DNA of 64,000 bases from Acidobacteriota bacterium (GTDB taxonomy: Bacteria > Acidobacteriota > UBA6911). The position numbers were made by a program, and so were the translations under genes. This document shows, in pieces, positions 37,779-48,100 of the stretch; positions within the stretch are counted from its first letter, which is position 1; each line of letters starts with the position of its first letter. The notes under the pieces were generated by a model. It saw only the letters and a list, made by a program, of their open reading frames with translations. It had not been told where the DNA came from and made no database searches. The DNA is taken from assembly GCA_963664705.1 (NCBI GenBank), contig OY761556.1, positions 2,752,001 through 2,816,000 on the forward strand, written 5' to 3'.

Positions 37779-39806
37779 ATGCAATCTCCGCCGCCGCTCA
37801 AATGGAAAAGGTTCTTTGCCGGTCTATCGATTGCGATCGGTTCGGCCGTACTCGCCTTTCTTGTGGCCCAATTGCCGCTTCTGAAAACCATTGAATGGAA
37901 AATATACGACCTGGAGTTTCGAGCCCTGGCCCAACCAAACAAGGCCAGCGATTCCATCGTGATGATCCAGATCGACGATGAAAGCATCGAGAGAATGGAT
38001 CGCTCTCTTGATCTGGGTCGCTTCCCCTGGCCGCGGGATGTTTACAAGGACCTGCTGAATTATCTCGAACGGGCAAAACCCCGCGCGATTGCCTTTGACC
38101 TGCTTTTTCTGGAGCAAGACAAGAGCGCCGAGGGCGCTGCCAGGGATCAGGAACTGGCGGCGGCGACGGAGCGCCTTGGTAATGTGATTCATGCAGCGGA
38201 GGTAAATGACACCTTTTCCTCTGCTCCGATTCATTCGGGCGGAGACTTCCAGCTTGGCCCGGAAGTGGAGGAACACAGCAGTCTGAAAATTCCGTTTGAA
38301 GCCCTTGCCACGGCCAGCGCCAGGCTCGGGCATACATTCATGCCGCTGGATTCGGATGGACCGGTCCGGCGCGCCGTCCCTTTTGTTCGCAAAGGAAATG
38401 TCCTGTGTCCATCTCTTGCCGTTGCGACGGCAATGGTAGCCTTGAAGCTGAAGCCATCCGATATCCGGCTTGACCAGGCAGGCCTTCATCTCGGGAATCA
38501 CATAGTTCCGCTTTTTGAAGGCACGGCAGAATATCAGCGTCGCGTACGCACCCGGCATATCCTGGTGAACTACCACGGATCGGCTTATGCCGATTCCGCC
38601 AGGACCGTCAGCACCTACCGCAGCTTCCGCTTCTGCGATCTCTTTTTATCCGAACTCCAGATCGAAGCGGGAGAACAACCCGCTGTGAATCCAGGACTAT
38701 TCCGGGACAAGATTATTTTCATCGGGACTACGGCCTCGGGCCTTCATGATGTGTTTCAGACGCCTTTTGGCTCGAAGGGAGCCATGCCCGGCATGCAAAT
38801 TCATGCCTCGGTCGTTGACAGCATTCTGAACCAGTCCTTTCTTCGCCCGGCCGGCAATGCGGCATCCATAGCCCTGCTGATCGCCACCACACTGGCGGTG
38901 GCGCTTGCCAGCGTCTATTTCGGATTCTGGGGGGCCATTCTTCTTGCACTCGGCATCGGAGTTGCCGATATTGGAGCAGTCGCCATTTCTTTCCGCCATG
39001 GCATCTGGCTTGCAGGCATCCCGACCTTTATAGGACTGATTGTTGCTGAGTTTTCCAGCGTGGCTTACCGCTACTTCAGTGAAGACAAGGCAAAACGGCA
39101 GGTTCGCGCGCTCTTCGCCAGGTATGTTTCTCCGGAGGTTGTAAGGGAGTTGATGGAGGATCCGTCGAAAGCACGGCTCGGAGGGCAACGGCGCAATATG
39201 ACGGTGCTCTTCTCCGATATTCGCGGATTCACAACCCTTTCCGAAGCCGGCCAACCGGAAGAAGTGCTCCGGCAATTGAATGAGTATTTCGGCAGGATGG
39301 TAGAACTGCTCTTTCACCATCATGGAACGCTCGACAAATTTGTCGGGGATATGATCATGGCTCTTTTCAATGCCCCGGTCGCCGATCCGGATCATGCGGA
39401 TCATGCCGTGCAAATGGCATTGGCCATGCTCCGGGAGTTGAGGATCCTGAACGAGGGATGGGAAAAGCAGGGCCTTCCACCTTTCGACATCGGGATCGGC
39501 ATTAATACCGGAGACATGATTGTAGGAAATATCGGTTCGGAAAGGACGCTCAGCTATACTGTCATTGGAGATAATGTCAATCTTGGATCCCGGCTGGAGT
39601 CGTTGAACAAAGATTACGGCACCCACATCATCATCAGCGAGTCTGTAAAAGAGGCGCTCCAGGGCAAGTATTTTATTCGGAGCCTGGGAAAAACACGCGT
39701 CAAAGGAAAGACCAAACAAATACCGATCTACGAGGTGTGCGTATCTGCGGATGAACTGAGGCGGAAAGAAGAGACGGAGCCGCCGGCTCAGCCGACACAT
39801 GCCTAA
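37779..39806 (+). CDS. CHASE2-domain class III adenylate/guanylate cyclase
   Basis: FPWPR, DSDGPVRR, PGMQIHA, 3 TM; FSDIRGFT, DKFVGD, GIGINTG, YTVIGDNVNLGSRLE. Confidence 0.92.
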   Translation: MQSPPPLKWKRFFAGLSIAIGSAVLAFLVAQLPLLKTIEWKIYDLEFRALAQPNKASDSIVMIQIDDESIERMDRSLDLGRFPWPRDVYKDLLNYLERAKPRAIAFDLLFLEQDKSAEGAARDQELAAATERLGNVIHAAEVNDTFSSAPIHSGGDFQLGPEVEEHSSLKIPFEALATASARLGHTFMPLDSDGPVRRAVPFVRKGNVLCPSLAVATAMVALKLKPSDIRLDQAGLHLGNHIVPLFEGTAEYQRRVRTRHILVNYHGSAYADSARTVSTYRSFRFCDLFLSELQIEAGEQPAVNPGLFRDKIIFIGTTASGLHDVFQTPFGSKGAMPGMQIHASVVDSILNQSFLRPAGNAASIALLIATTLAVALASVYFGFWGAILLALGIGVADIGAVAISFRHGIWLAGIPTFIGLIVAEFSSVAYRYFSEDKAKRQVRALFARYVSPEVVRELMEDPSKARLGGQRRNMTVLFSDIRGFTTLSEAGQPEEVLRQLNEYFGRMVELLFHHHGTLDKFVGDMIMALFNAPVADPDHADHAVQMALAMLRELRILNEGWEKQGLPPFDIGIGINTGDMIVGNIGSERTLSYTVIGDNVNLGSRLESLNKDYGTHIIISESVKEALQGKYFIRSLGKTRVKGKTKQIPIYEVCVSADELRRKEETEPPAQPTHA

Positions 39807-39823
39807 TGTCTTTTGGGGGAATC

Positions 39824-40966
39824 ATGCATAACAGAATTTTGCTTTGCACCGTGCTGCTTTTATTTGGGGTTCCGTCCTTGTGGGCTCAATTCCCTTTCCC
39901 CCGCAAAGTGGTGGACAAGATCGATGCGGCAGCCGGAAAGTATAAGGACCTCGAGATCTCCAATGAGGAAGAAGTAAAACTCGGAGAGAATATCAGCGAG
40001 CGTATCCGTCAGCGCTTCGGCGTTTTCCAGGATCCCGAAATTCACCGATATGTCACGATGACCGGAATGGTGCTGGCAAGAAAGAGCAGCCGCCCCAGCC
40101 TCACCTACCAGTTTATCGTTCTGGATACCGATGGAGTCAATGCCTTTGCCGCCCCGGGCGGATTTGTGCACATCACGAAAGGCGCCCTGGCCCTGATGAA
40201 AAACGAGGCGGACCTGGCAGGCGTCCTCGGGCATGAACTCATTCACATCACTGAAAGACACGCGGTGCGTGCCACGCAAAAGAACAAGGCGCTTCAAATG
40301 GCTGCGGGGCAGAAAAGCCTCGCCGCCAACCCGGACCTGCTGCGTCGCGTAGAGGATGAGATGTTCAAAGTCGTCTTTGCGGGGTTCGGTCGCACGGATG
40401 AACTCGAGTCTGATGACAAAGGACTCGCTCTCGCGGCCGCCGCCGGATACGACGCGGCCGGACTTCGACGCTTTCTGGAAGCCCTCGAAAAACGCAACTC
40501 CGGATCGGATAGCCGGCAGGGCTTGTTTGCTTCTCATCCCGAAATGAATGAGCGCCTGCAGCGAATAGACGCCTCGATCCAGCAGGCCAACCGGAAGAGC
40601 GGAGCCATGAATCAGGAAAGACTTGCCCGTTATGTGAAGTACCAGCCGGTTCCCCTTGCAGGCATCGCGGCCGTACAGGATGGCGCTTCGGGCCTTGCAG
40701 AAGGGAGCGGTGGAACCGATGAAAAGAAGAAAAAGGAAAGCCAGGAAGAACCCAAGAAAAGCCGGTTCAGCCTTTCCAAGTTGAAAGATCCCCTTGGAGG
40801 GGGCACACAGAAGACGCAGAGTGCCGAAGTCACAGCTTCCGGCGGATCCCGAGGCGTGGACAGAGAGCAGACGGCAACCGGCGGTCCTAATCCGGCGGCG
40901 GTGATTGTGCGCATCAGCGAACCGGATATTCAGGCTTTTAAGAAGGAAGGCGGACTCCCGGACTAG
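39824..40966 (+). CDS. M48-family zinc metallopeptidase
   Basis: NAFAAPGG, LAGVLGHELIH (HExxH), ELESD, SHP...R; signal peptide. Confidence 0.88.
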   Translation: MHNRILLCTVLLLFGVPSLWAQFPFPRKVVDKIDAAAGKYKDLEISNEEEVKLGENISERIRQRFGVFQDPEIHRYVTMTGMVLARKSSRPSLTYQFIVLDTDGVNAFAAPGGFVHITKGALALMKNEADLAGVLGHELIHITERHAVRATQKNKALQMAAGQKSLAANPDLLRRVEDEMFKVVFAGFGRTDELESDDKGLALAAAAGYDAAGLRRFLEALEKRNSGSDSRQGLFASHPEMNERLQRIDASIQQANRKSGAMNQERLARYVKYQPVPLAGIAAVQDGASGLAEGSGGTDEKKKKESQEEPKKSRFSLSKLKDPLGGGTQKTQSAEVTASGGSRGVDREQTATGGPNPAAVIVRISEPDIQAFKKEGGLPD

Positions 40967-41176
40967 AATGCAATCATGCTGCATTCCAGGATTCGATCGA
41001 TTCAGCAATTTCCGGCAAGCTCTATCCCCCGGCTAAAAAGAATCGGGATGGGAACCAGAACACAGGAATACTCGTACTTGATTAGAAAGACGGAGTCCGG
41101 CAGATTCCTGCCTATTCATGGCACCGGCCGGCGGCTCATTCCGATCCAGACCCACACTTCAATAAGGAGGCAAAAA

Positions 41177-41557
41177 ATGTCGATACGTACCCTGACTATT
41201 CTGGCAGCCGTGATCCTTGCCGGCCTTGTTTGTGCTTATGCGGCCGATATTAGCGGGACATGGACCACTCAGTTTGATTCACAGGTCGGACTTCAAAAAT
41301 ATACGTTCGAATTCAAGGTCGATGGAACAAAACTGACCGGAAAGGCCATATCCAATATAGCCGGCGCCGATGCGAAGACCGATCTCACTGAAGGCAAGAT
41401 CAATGGAGACGAGGTCTCATTTGTTGAGAATCTGAACTACCAGGGCATGGAGCTCAAAATTACCTATAAAGGCAAAGTTTCCGGTGATGAAATCAAATTC
41501 CAGCGCACAGTCGGAGATTCCGGCGGCGAAGAATTTGTAGCAAAGCGTGCCAAGTAA
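41177..41557 (+). CDS. Small secreted beta-barrel hypothetical protein
   Basis: AAGGAGG RBS; signal peptide; AADISGTW...FKVDGTKLTG...YKGKVSGDEIKF. Confidence 0.8.
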   Translation: MSIRTLTILAAVILAGLVCAYAADISGTWTTQFDSQVGLQKYTFEFKVDGTKLTGKAISNIAGADAKTDLTEGKINGDEVSFVENLNYQGMELKITYKGKVSGDEIKFQRTVGDSGGEEFVAKRAK

Positions 41558-41590
41558 GCGCAAGCATCTACCCACTGGAATTTCGTATCA

Positions 41591-41643
41591 TTCGTGCAAT
41601 TCGTGGCAGATTTGCAGCTCATATCTGCCACGAATTACACGAA
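41591..41643. repeat. 21-bp inverted repeat (ttcgtgcaattcgtggcagat / atctgccacgaattacacgaa)
   Basis: 20/21 paired; internal TTCGTG periodicity typical of REP-like intergenic units. Confidence 0.65.
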
Positions 41644-41800
41644 GCAGTTGCTGCTGTCATTACCCCGATCTCCGCCGCCGCTCTCCCCATAGAACCCCCT
41701 AAAAATCAGTAAATGAGCGGGATGTCTCTGATTTTCTACGAATAAGATTGACTTAAATTGAAAATAGCCTTAGGACTGATCCGTTTCCTAGGAGGCTTTC

Positions 41801-43240
41801 ATGCAGACAAGCGGCACCTATGACGTAATTGTAGTTGGCGGTGGAACTTCGGGAGTTGCCGCGGCGATTGCGGCGGCAAGAACAGGGGCAAAAACACTGC
41901 TCGTGGAACGGCTGGGAACCTTGGGCGGTCAGATGAACGTATCGGGCCCTCCAGGCTTTGCCTATGCCAACCTTTATAATGAACGGCAGGAACGGATCAT
42001 CGGCGGAATCATCACCGAAACCCATGAACGCCTTCTGAAAGACGGACACGCCATTCCCCACATGGAACCCGATTTTCGAGGCTGGTACACATTCGCCTAT
42101 GTAGACCCGGACTGGTGGAGTCTGATGATGTTTGAAATGATGGAGGAGAACAAGGTCAAACTCCTTCTGCATTCGCTTGCCGTCGATGTGGTCAAGGAAG
42201 GCAATGCCGTAAAAGGGATTATTGTTGAAAATGTTTCCGGACGTCAGACCATCTTCGGCAAGGTAATCATCGATTGCACGGGTGAAGGCGAAGTGGCCGC
42301 ACGGGCCGGCGCGCCCTTCGAGCTTCTTCCAAAAGACCAAATGGAACCCCATTCGCTTTCCTTCACAGCGGACGGAGTCGACTGGGCTAAAGTCATGAAG
42401 TACATCAAGGACAATCCCAGGGAGTTCGAGTTTGAGCGATTCATGGAAAACACGCAGCACAAGTGGACCTATGATCAGCTCGTTGAGCGGATCCGGAAGG
42501 TGGAGTCCGTTGAGGAGTTCGGCGAGGTCATGGGATTCCGCAGCCTTAAGCTGAAGGGGCTCGAAACCGGTGAGTGGCACGGTTTCAGCGGCGTTGGATT
42601 TTTCCTGATCCCCAGAGAGGGAGGCGTCGTCCAGGCGCATTTCCAACATTCCTCGCAGATAGGAAATTGTGACGCCACCGATGTGGAAGATCTTACATTT
42701 GCCGAGATCGAATGCCGTCGCCAGTGTGTGATTGCGTGGAAGTTTGTAAAGAAATACCTGCCGGGGTTTGAGAAAGCCTATATCACGCGAGTTTGCCCGG
42801 AGCTGCGCATTCGGGAAGGCCGCCGCATTATGGGAGATTATATCCTGCGCGGGGAGGATGTGATTGAGGAACGCAAGTTCACCGATGTCATCGGCAAAAG
42901 CTCATTCCCTGCCGGCGCCGTGCATGTAGTCGGTCCGGGAACGCTGAATGACATGAAACCACCCGACACGCCCAAAACCGGCGGATCCCATGATATTCCC
43001 TATCGATGCCTGGTGCCCCAGAAAATTGAAAATCTCCTGGTGGCCGGTAAGGCCGTATCCGCACACCGAGAAGCCTATCTGCGGTTTCTGATGCAGACAA
43101 TGGTAACCGGACAGGCTGCGGGAGTGGCCGCCGGCTTGTGCGCCCGGGATAACATCACGCCGCGCATGCTGGAATCGGATGTTACCGAGCTGCAGAAGAT
43201 CCTGGTACAGCAGGGGGCAATTCTCACGGGTACGCATTAG
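41801..43240 (+). CDS. FAD-dependent oxidoreductase (PF12831-like)
   Basis: VVGGGTSG, LGGQM, IDCTGEG, RIREGRRI, IPYRCLVP, NLLVAG, GQAAG. Confidence 0.88.
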   Translation: MQTSGTYDVIVVGGGTSGVAAAIAAARTGAKTLLVERLGTLGGQMNVSGPPGFAYANLYNERQERIIGGIITETHERLLKDGHAIPHMEPDFRGWYTFAYVDPDWWSLMMFEMMEENKVKLLLHSLAVDVVKEGNAVKGIIVENVSGRQTIFGKVIIDCTGEGEVAARAGAPFELLPKDQMEPHSLSFTADGVDWAKVMKYIKDNPREFEFERFMENTQHKWTYDQLVERIRKVESVEEFGEVMGFRSLKLKGLETGEWHGFSGVGFFLIPREGGVVQAHFQHSSQIGNCDATDVEDLTFAEIECRRQCVIAWKFVKKYLPGFEKAYITRVCPELRIREGRRIMGDYILRGEDVIEERKFTDVIGKSSFPAGAVHVVGPGTLNDMKPPDTPKTGGSHDIPYRCLVPQKIENLLVAGKAVSAHREAYLRFLMQTMVTGQAAGVAAGLCARDNITPRMLESDVTELQKILVQQGAILTGTH

Positions 43241-43322
43241 CGCTATCGTGGCATGCGCGGCTGGACAGGCTGCGCATGCCACGGAAGCAAGGACCCTATC
43301 GAATAAAACCGAGGAGATCGGA

Positions 43323-44708
43323 ATGGCAGAGATTCGCGGAAATAGCGCGACCGGCAGTGCAATCGATCTAGGAAAGATCATCGATGAATCCAAGTTCAAC
43401 AAAGTCTCGCTCACGGTTATTGCATTATGCGGACTGATCATGCTGATGGATGGCTACGATTACACCATCATCAACGTGGCCGCCCCCGTGATTATGAAGG
43501 AGTGGGGTGTCAGTAAATCGCTGTTCGGCTGGGTATTTGCCTCGGCATTTTGCGGTTATCTGTTTGGCGCCATCATCTTCGGCACCCTCTCGGACAGAAT
43601 CGGCAGAAAGAAGACGCTCATCATCTCATCCCTGGTTTTCAGCATCGGGACGCTACTGGCCTACTTCTCTCACTCGGCACAAAGCCTGATCCCCATGCGC
43701 GTGTTCACCGGAATCGGTATCGGGGGAGCCGTCCCCTGCGCCATCACGCTCACAAGCGAGTATTCGCCTCTCAAGGGACGAGGGAAGTATGTCTCGATCA
43801 TGTATACCGGGTTTCTGATTGGCATCGTTCTTGGCGGGTTTGTCGCCGGCTATGTACTTGCCCGGTTCGGATGGAGGCAGTTGTTTGTCATTGGTTTCGT
43901 GGCTCCCGTCCTTGCCATTATCCTTGTATGGTTCAAGCTGCCGGAATCCGCCCGATGGCTTTCGGCAAGAACCCAGACAGCACAGCAACAGGAAGTGCTG
44001 TCCGATATTGTCCGACAGATAAGCCCCGGGATCCAGATTGGCACGGATACACAATTTGTATCGACCGGGTCGAGCAAAAGCAAGGCATCGTTCCGCGAGC
44101 TTTTCAACGGCAGGCTGGCATGGGTCACGGCCATCGTCTGGTCCTACTATATGGTAAGCTCCATCGCGGTCTTCTTCATCGGCAGCTGGTCGCCTCAGCT
44201 TCTCGTGGTGAAAGGATTCTCCGCCCCCACAGCCGCATTCATCACCGGCTCCGGCAATATCCTGATCGCGACGGGGTGCCTGATCAGCGGATTCTATTTT
44301 GACAAATTCGGCTTTCGGTGGGGATGGGTCCTCCATGTGATTGCCGCCGTGTGTGTTTTCTTTCTTGGCGGACTCCAGCCGCTCGGCTTTGTGATTCTGC
44401 TTTTTGCCAGCGGCTTTTTCATCAATTCAGCCCATATGGCCATTACCATCCTGGCCCCCATCGTATACCCTCCCAGTTGCAGGAATCAGGGTGCCGGCAC
44501 GGCCATTGCCTTTGCCCGGATCGGAGCCATGCTGGGCCCCTCCATCGGCGGAATGCTCCTGGACACACAAATCCCGCTGCAAAAGCTGATCGCTCTCGTT
44601 TCCATTCCGCTCGTAATTGCCGCGCTCCTCTGCTATGTAGCGGGACGGCAGTACGATTTCTATTTCGCTCCTCTGTATGCCGGAAAGCTCAACCCGAACG
44701 AAAAATAA
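43323..44708 (+). CDS. MFS aromatic acid:H+ symporter (PcaK/BenK-like)
   Basis: DGYD in TM1, LSDRIGRK, GIGIGG, SEYSP, LPESARW. Confidence 0.85.
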   Translation: MAEIRGNSATGSAIDLGKIIDESKFNKVSLTVIALCGLIMLMDGYDYTIINVAAPVIMKEWGVSKSLFGWVFASAFCGYLFGAIIFGTLSDRIGRKKTLIISSLVFSIGTLLAYFSHSAQSLIPMRVFTGIGIGGAVPCAITLTSEYSPLKGRGKYVSIMYTGFLIGIVLGGFVAGYVLARFGWRQLFVIGFVAPVLAIILVWFKLPESARWLSARTQTAQQQEVLSDIVRQISPGIQIGTDTQFVSTGSSKSKASFRELFNGRLAWVTAIVWSYYMVSSIAVFFIGSWSPQLLVVKGFSAPTAAFITGSGNILIATGCLISGFYFDKFGFRWGWVLHVIAAVCVFFLGGLQPLGFVILLFASGFFINSAHMAITILAPIVYPPSCRNQGAGTAIAFARIGAMLGPSIGGMLLDTQIPLQKLIALVSIPLVIAALLCYVAGRQYDFYFAPLYAGKLNPNEK

Positions 44709-44722
44709 CCTCGCTTAACCCC

Positions 44723-44767
44723 AAAAACGCAAGGACTTAAGGATTCATTCCCAGTCCTTGCGTTTTT
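44723..44767. terminator. Intrinsic terminator
   Basis: aaaaacgcaaggact...agtccttgcgttttt, 15-bp stem with T tail. Confidence 0.7.
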
Positions 44768-44821
44768 AGCCACTTGTGTAAAACATATCCACCTAATGTC
44801 ACTCGATTGCCCTTGTCTTAC

Positions 44822-44837
44822 TTACACATTGGTGTAA
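44822..44837. promoter_or_regulatory. Operator candidate TTACAC-N4-GTGTAA
   Basis: Perfect dyad in the TBDR upstream region; near copy at 59125-59140. Confidence 0.4.
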
Positions 44838-45186
44838 TTGTAGGCGCAGCTAAGCCAATAGTACAAAGTGTCTCCCCAAAATTGCGGGGGGAGCGTTTCT
44901 AATTAATGCCAGTTTGTTTTGGATCTAGTCAACAACGGTGCGAATTGGGATGAAGGATGCGACATGTGCAGCGCTTCCCTGGCTGCGAAGCACATGCAGG
45001 ACGATGGCCTTTTAATACGGGCTTAACTGAAGAAGTATCGAATTAGACAAATGATGCGATACGCGGCAATGACCTGGATAGCGCTCGTCTGAGTCGTATT
45101 TCGGAGGGGGTTCGTGTCCGAAATCCCACAGAAGGCTAACGATAGAAAGAAATCAAATCACTTCTAACTCCACAAACGGAGGATTG

Positions 45187-48100
45187 ATGATGAGAGGATT
45201 TTGGATTGTGGCATTTGCAGCACTTGCCCTGGCGATATCCCCATTGGCATTCGGCCAATCCAGTAACGGTACCATCAGCGGTACCGCGGCCGATACTTCG
45301 GGCGGCGTTTTGCCGGGGGTCACGGTGACGGCAACAAACACGAGTACCGGCATTGTTGCGACAGCAACAACCAATAGTGCCGGCATCTATAACTTTCTCA
45401 GTGTTCAGCCTGGCAGCTATAAAGTCAGCGCGGAAATGAAGGGGTTCCAGACAAAAACATTTACCAATGTTTCCGTTGGAAATGCGGCGCAGGTCAGACT
45501 TAATTTCGCGCTTGAACTGGGCCAGATCAATGAAACCGTTGAGGTCAGCGTGGCAGGCGATCGCCTGTTGCTGGAATCCACCTCGTCGGTTGGAGATGTT
45601 CTTCCTGAAACAAAGGTGCGCGAACTGCCTCTCACGAGCCAGAATGTGCTGGACCTTTCCAAAGTAATGGGCGGCGTCATCCAGACCAACGATGCGATCT
45701 TCGGCGAGAGCGCAGGAATGGGCGGCGGCGGCACGACATTTGCCGGAGTCAGCCCTGCGAATGTAAACGTACAGAGGGATGGTATCCCGATGAGCGACGT
45801 TCGCTGGCCAACCGGTATCAACTCCGCCACGCGCCTTAATCCTGACCTGGTCGGCGAAGTCCGGATGCTGCTCGCTCCGGTAGATGCCGAAGCGGGACGC
45901 GGCAATGGTCAGGTGCAGGTTCAGACCAAAGCTGGAGGGAATGCATACCACGGAGCGGCGGTTTTAAACTCCCAGAATTCCTTCCTGGATCCGAACACAT
46001 GGACAAACAATCGAAGTGGTATCGCTGCGCCCTGGAGAAACCTGCAGCAATACACCCTCAGCCTCGGCGGGCCACTGATCAAGAACAAGACGTTTTTCTT
46101 TGTGCTCTGGGATCAGCAGTTTGCCCGCCAGCGCTACCCCAGGCAATCGCTGGCTCTGACGCCCTGCGCCCAGCGAGGGATCTTCCGTTATTATGACAAT
46201 TGGAATAACGGAAATATTCGATCTGCCACCGTTGGCGGCTCCACACCAACAACGGCCGTTGTGAATGCCGATGGCAGTCCCAAGGCTCCGTCCACGAATC
46301 CGGACGGCACCACTCACAACGGAATCCTTCGCTATGCCAGTGTCTTTGGTCAACTGGCCAGCACGCCCAAACTGGCGGACTGTTCTGATGCGGTAGTCAC
46401 TCCGGGCACAGCCTGGGATCAATACCGTACGGGAATGGATCCGACCGGATACATCGCCAATTTCATAAAGATGACACCGAAGGTAAACAACTATGAAGTC
46501 GGCGATGGGTTGAATACCGCGGGATCCCGCTGGACACAGGCAATCCGAGGAGCCGACAATCTGTACGGAGTTGGCGAAGACACCCAGAGGAAGCAGATCA
46601 ACGTCCGAATCGACCACAACTTCAACCAGAAGCACAGGGTCAATGGATCGTGGAGCTATGAAAGAGACTGGGCGGACGACACCTTTGCCAACTGGCCGGA
46701 AAATTCGTACGGCGGCAAAGTCACCCGTTATCCGCAGGTGTTCACAATCAACTTGATTTCCACCTTCACGCCAACCCTCCTCAATGAAGCCCGCGCGGGA
46801 ATGATGAGAAACGGAAACAATATCTTCTCACCATTGAAGAATCCCGACGTAAAGGACAAGATGATCGCACTCCTTCCCAAGGTCAATGGCCAGCCGATGA
46901 TCGTCGGCCCGGGAGACGGGAATGTGAACTTCAGCCCCGACTGCTTCCCCTACTGCCCGGCCAATGCTGCGGCAGGCACGCCAAGCAATCCCTTCGGCGG
47001 CAGAGGCATGCTGTCCTATGACGGCTTCGATACAAGCACGCGGTGGACGTTCGGCGACACGCTCGCCTGGACGAGAGGTGCCCATTCCTTCAAGGTGGGC
47101 GGTGAATACCGCGTTTCGACTTCCTACGGCGCGGTCGGCTGGGTGATGAATTCATCGTGGCAGAGCCTGGTCCCGACGCCGTTTGCAGCCGGCGGAGCGG
47201 CCACCTATGCTCCGAACGGAATCACGCCTTTCACGGGGATCCCTGGATTGGCCGGCTTCTTTGCCGGTAACCAGGCAAACATGGCAAGTCTTCTGAACTT
47301 CCTGTCCGGGTCGATCGGAAGCATGCGCCAGTATTACTATCTCAATTCGCCCACCCAGAGCACGTGGAGCGACTATACAAAAGAGCCCTATCCAATTCGG
47401 GACTTCCACCAGAATGAATGGGGATTCTTCTTCAAGGATGACTGGAAAGCACATCAAAACCTCACCCTCAACCTTGGATTCCGTTGGGATTATTATGGTG
47501 TTCCCTACATCAAATCCGGCATGACCGCCGGCTTTGACGGAGGTGGAGCCGCCCTGTTCGGAATCTCCGGAAGAAACTGGGGCGATGCTTTCTGGAAGGC
47601 CGGTGCCCGCGCCGATCTGACCAAGTCAATCTTTGTCGGTCCCAATTCTCCCCATCCCAACCAAAGCGTATACGAAAAAGATCTGAATAACTTCGGTCCC
47701 GCCGTAGGTTTTGCCTGGCAGCTCCCCTGGCTTGGAAAGGGCAAGACAACCATCCGCGGAGGCTATCAGCTCACCTATACGCCTGCCGCCCGCGTAAGTA
47801 CCATGGCGGACACCCTGGGCACACCTCCTGGCAGCGTCTACATGGCAAGCTATAACGGTTCGCCAACGAACCCTTATCTTAGCCTTTCCAACCTGACCAG
47901 CCCGGTGCCGATTCCTACGGGAATCGCCCCGATGCAATCGATTCCGCTGACAGACAGGATCACGACGATATCCGCTTTTGACCCGAACTTCAGGACTCCG
48001 TACATCCAGAACCTGACTTTGGCGATCACGCGGAACATCGCATCCAACCTGGAAGTAGACATCAAGTACATCGGGACCTTGAGCCGCAAGCTCCAGGGGA

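Noticed and set aside
44930-45130. Cobalamin riboswitch upstream of the TBDR
   Set aside because: Only a ggtgcgaat fragment resembles it; I could not find the GGGAA, CCC...ACTG or B12-box elements.
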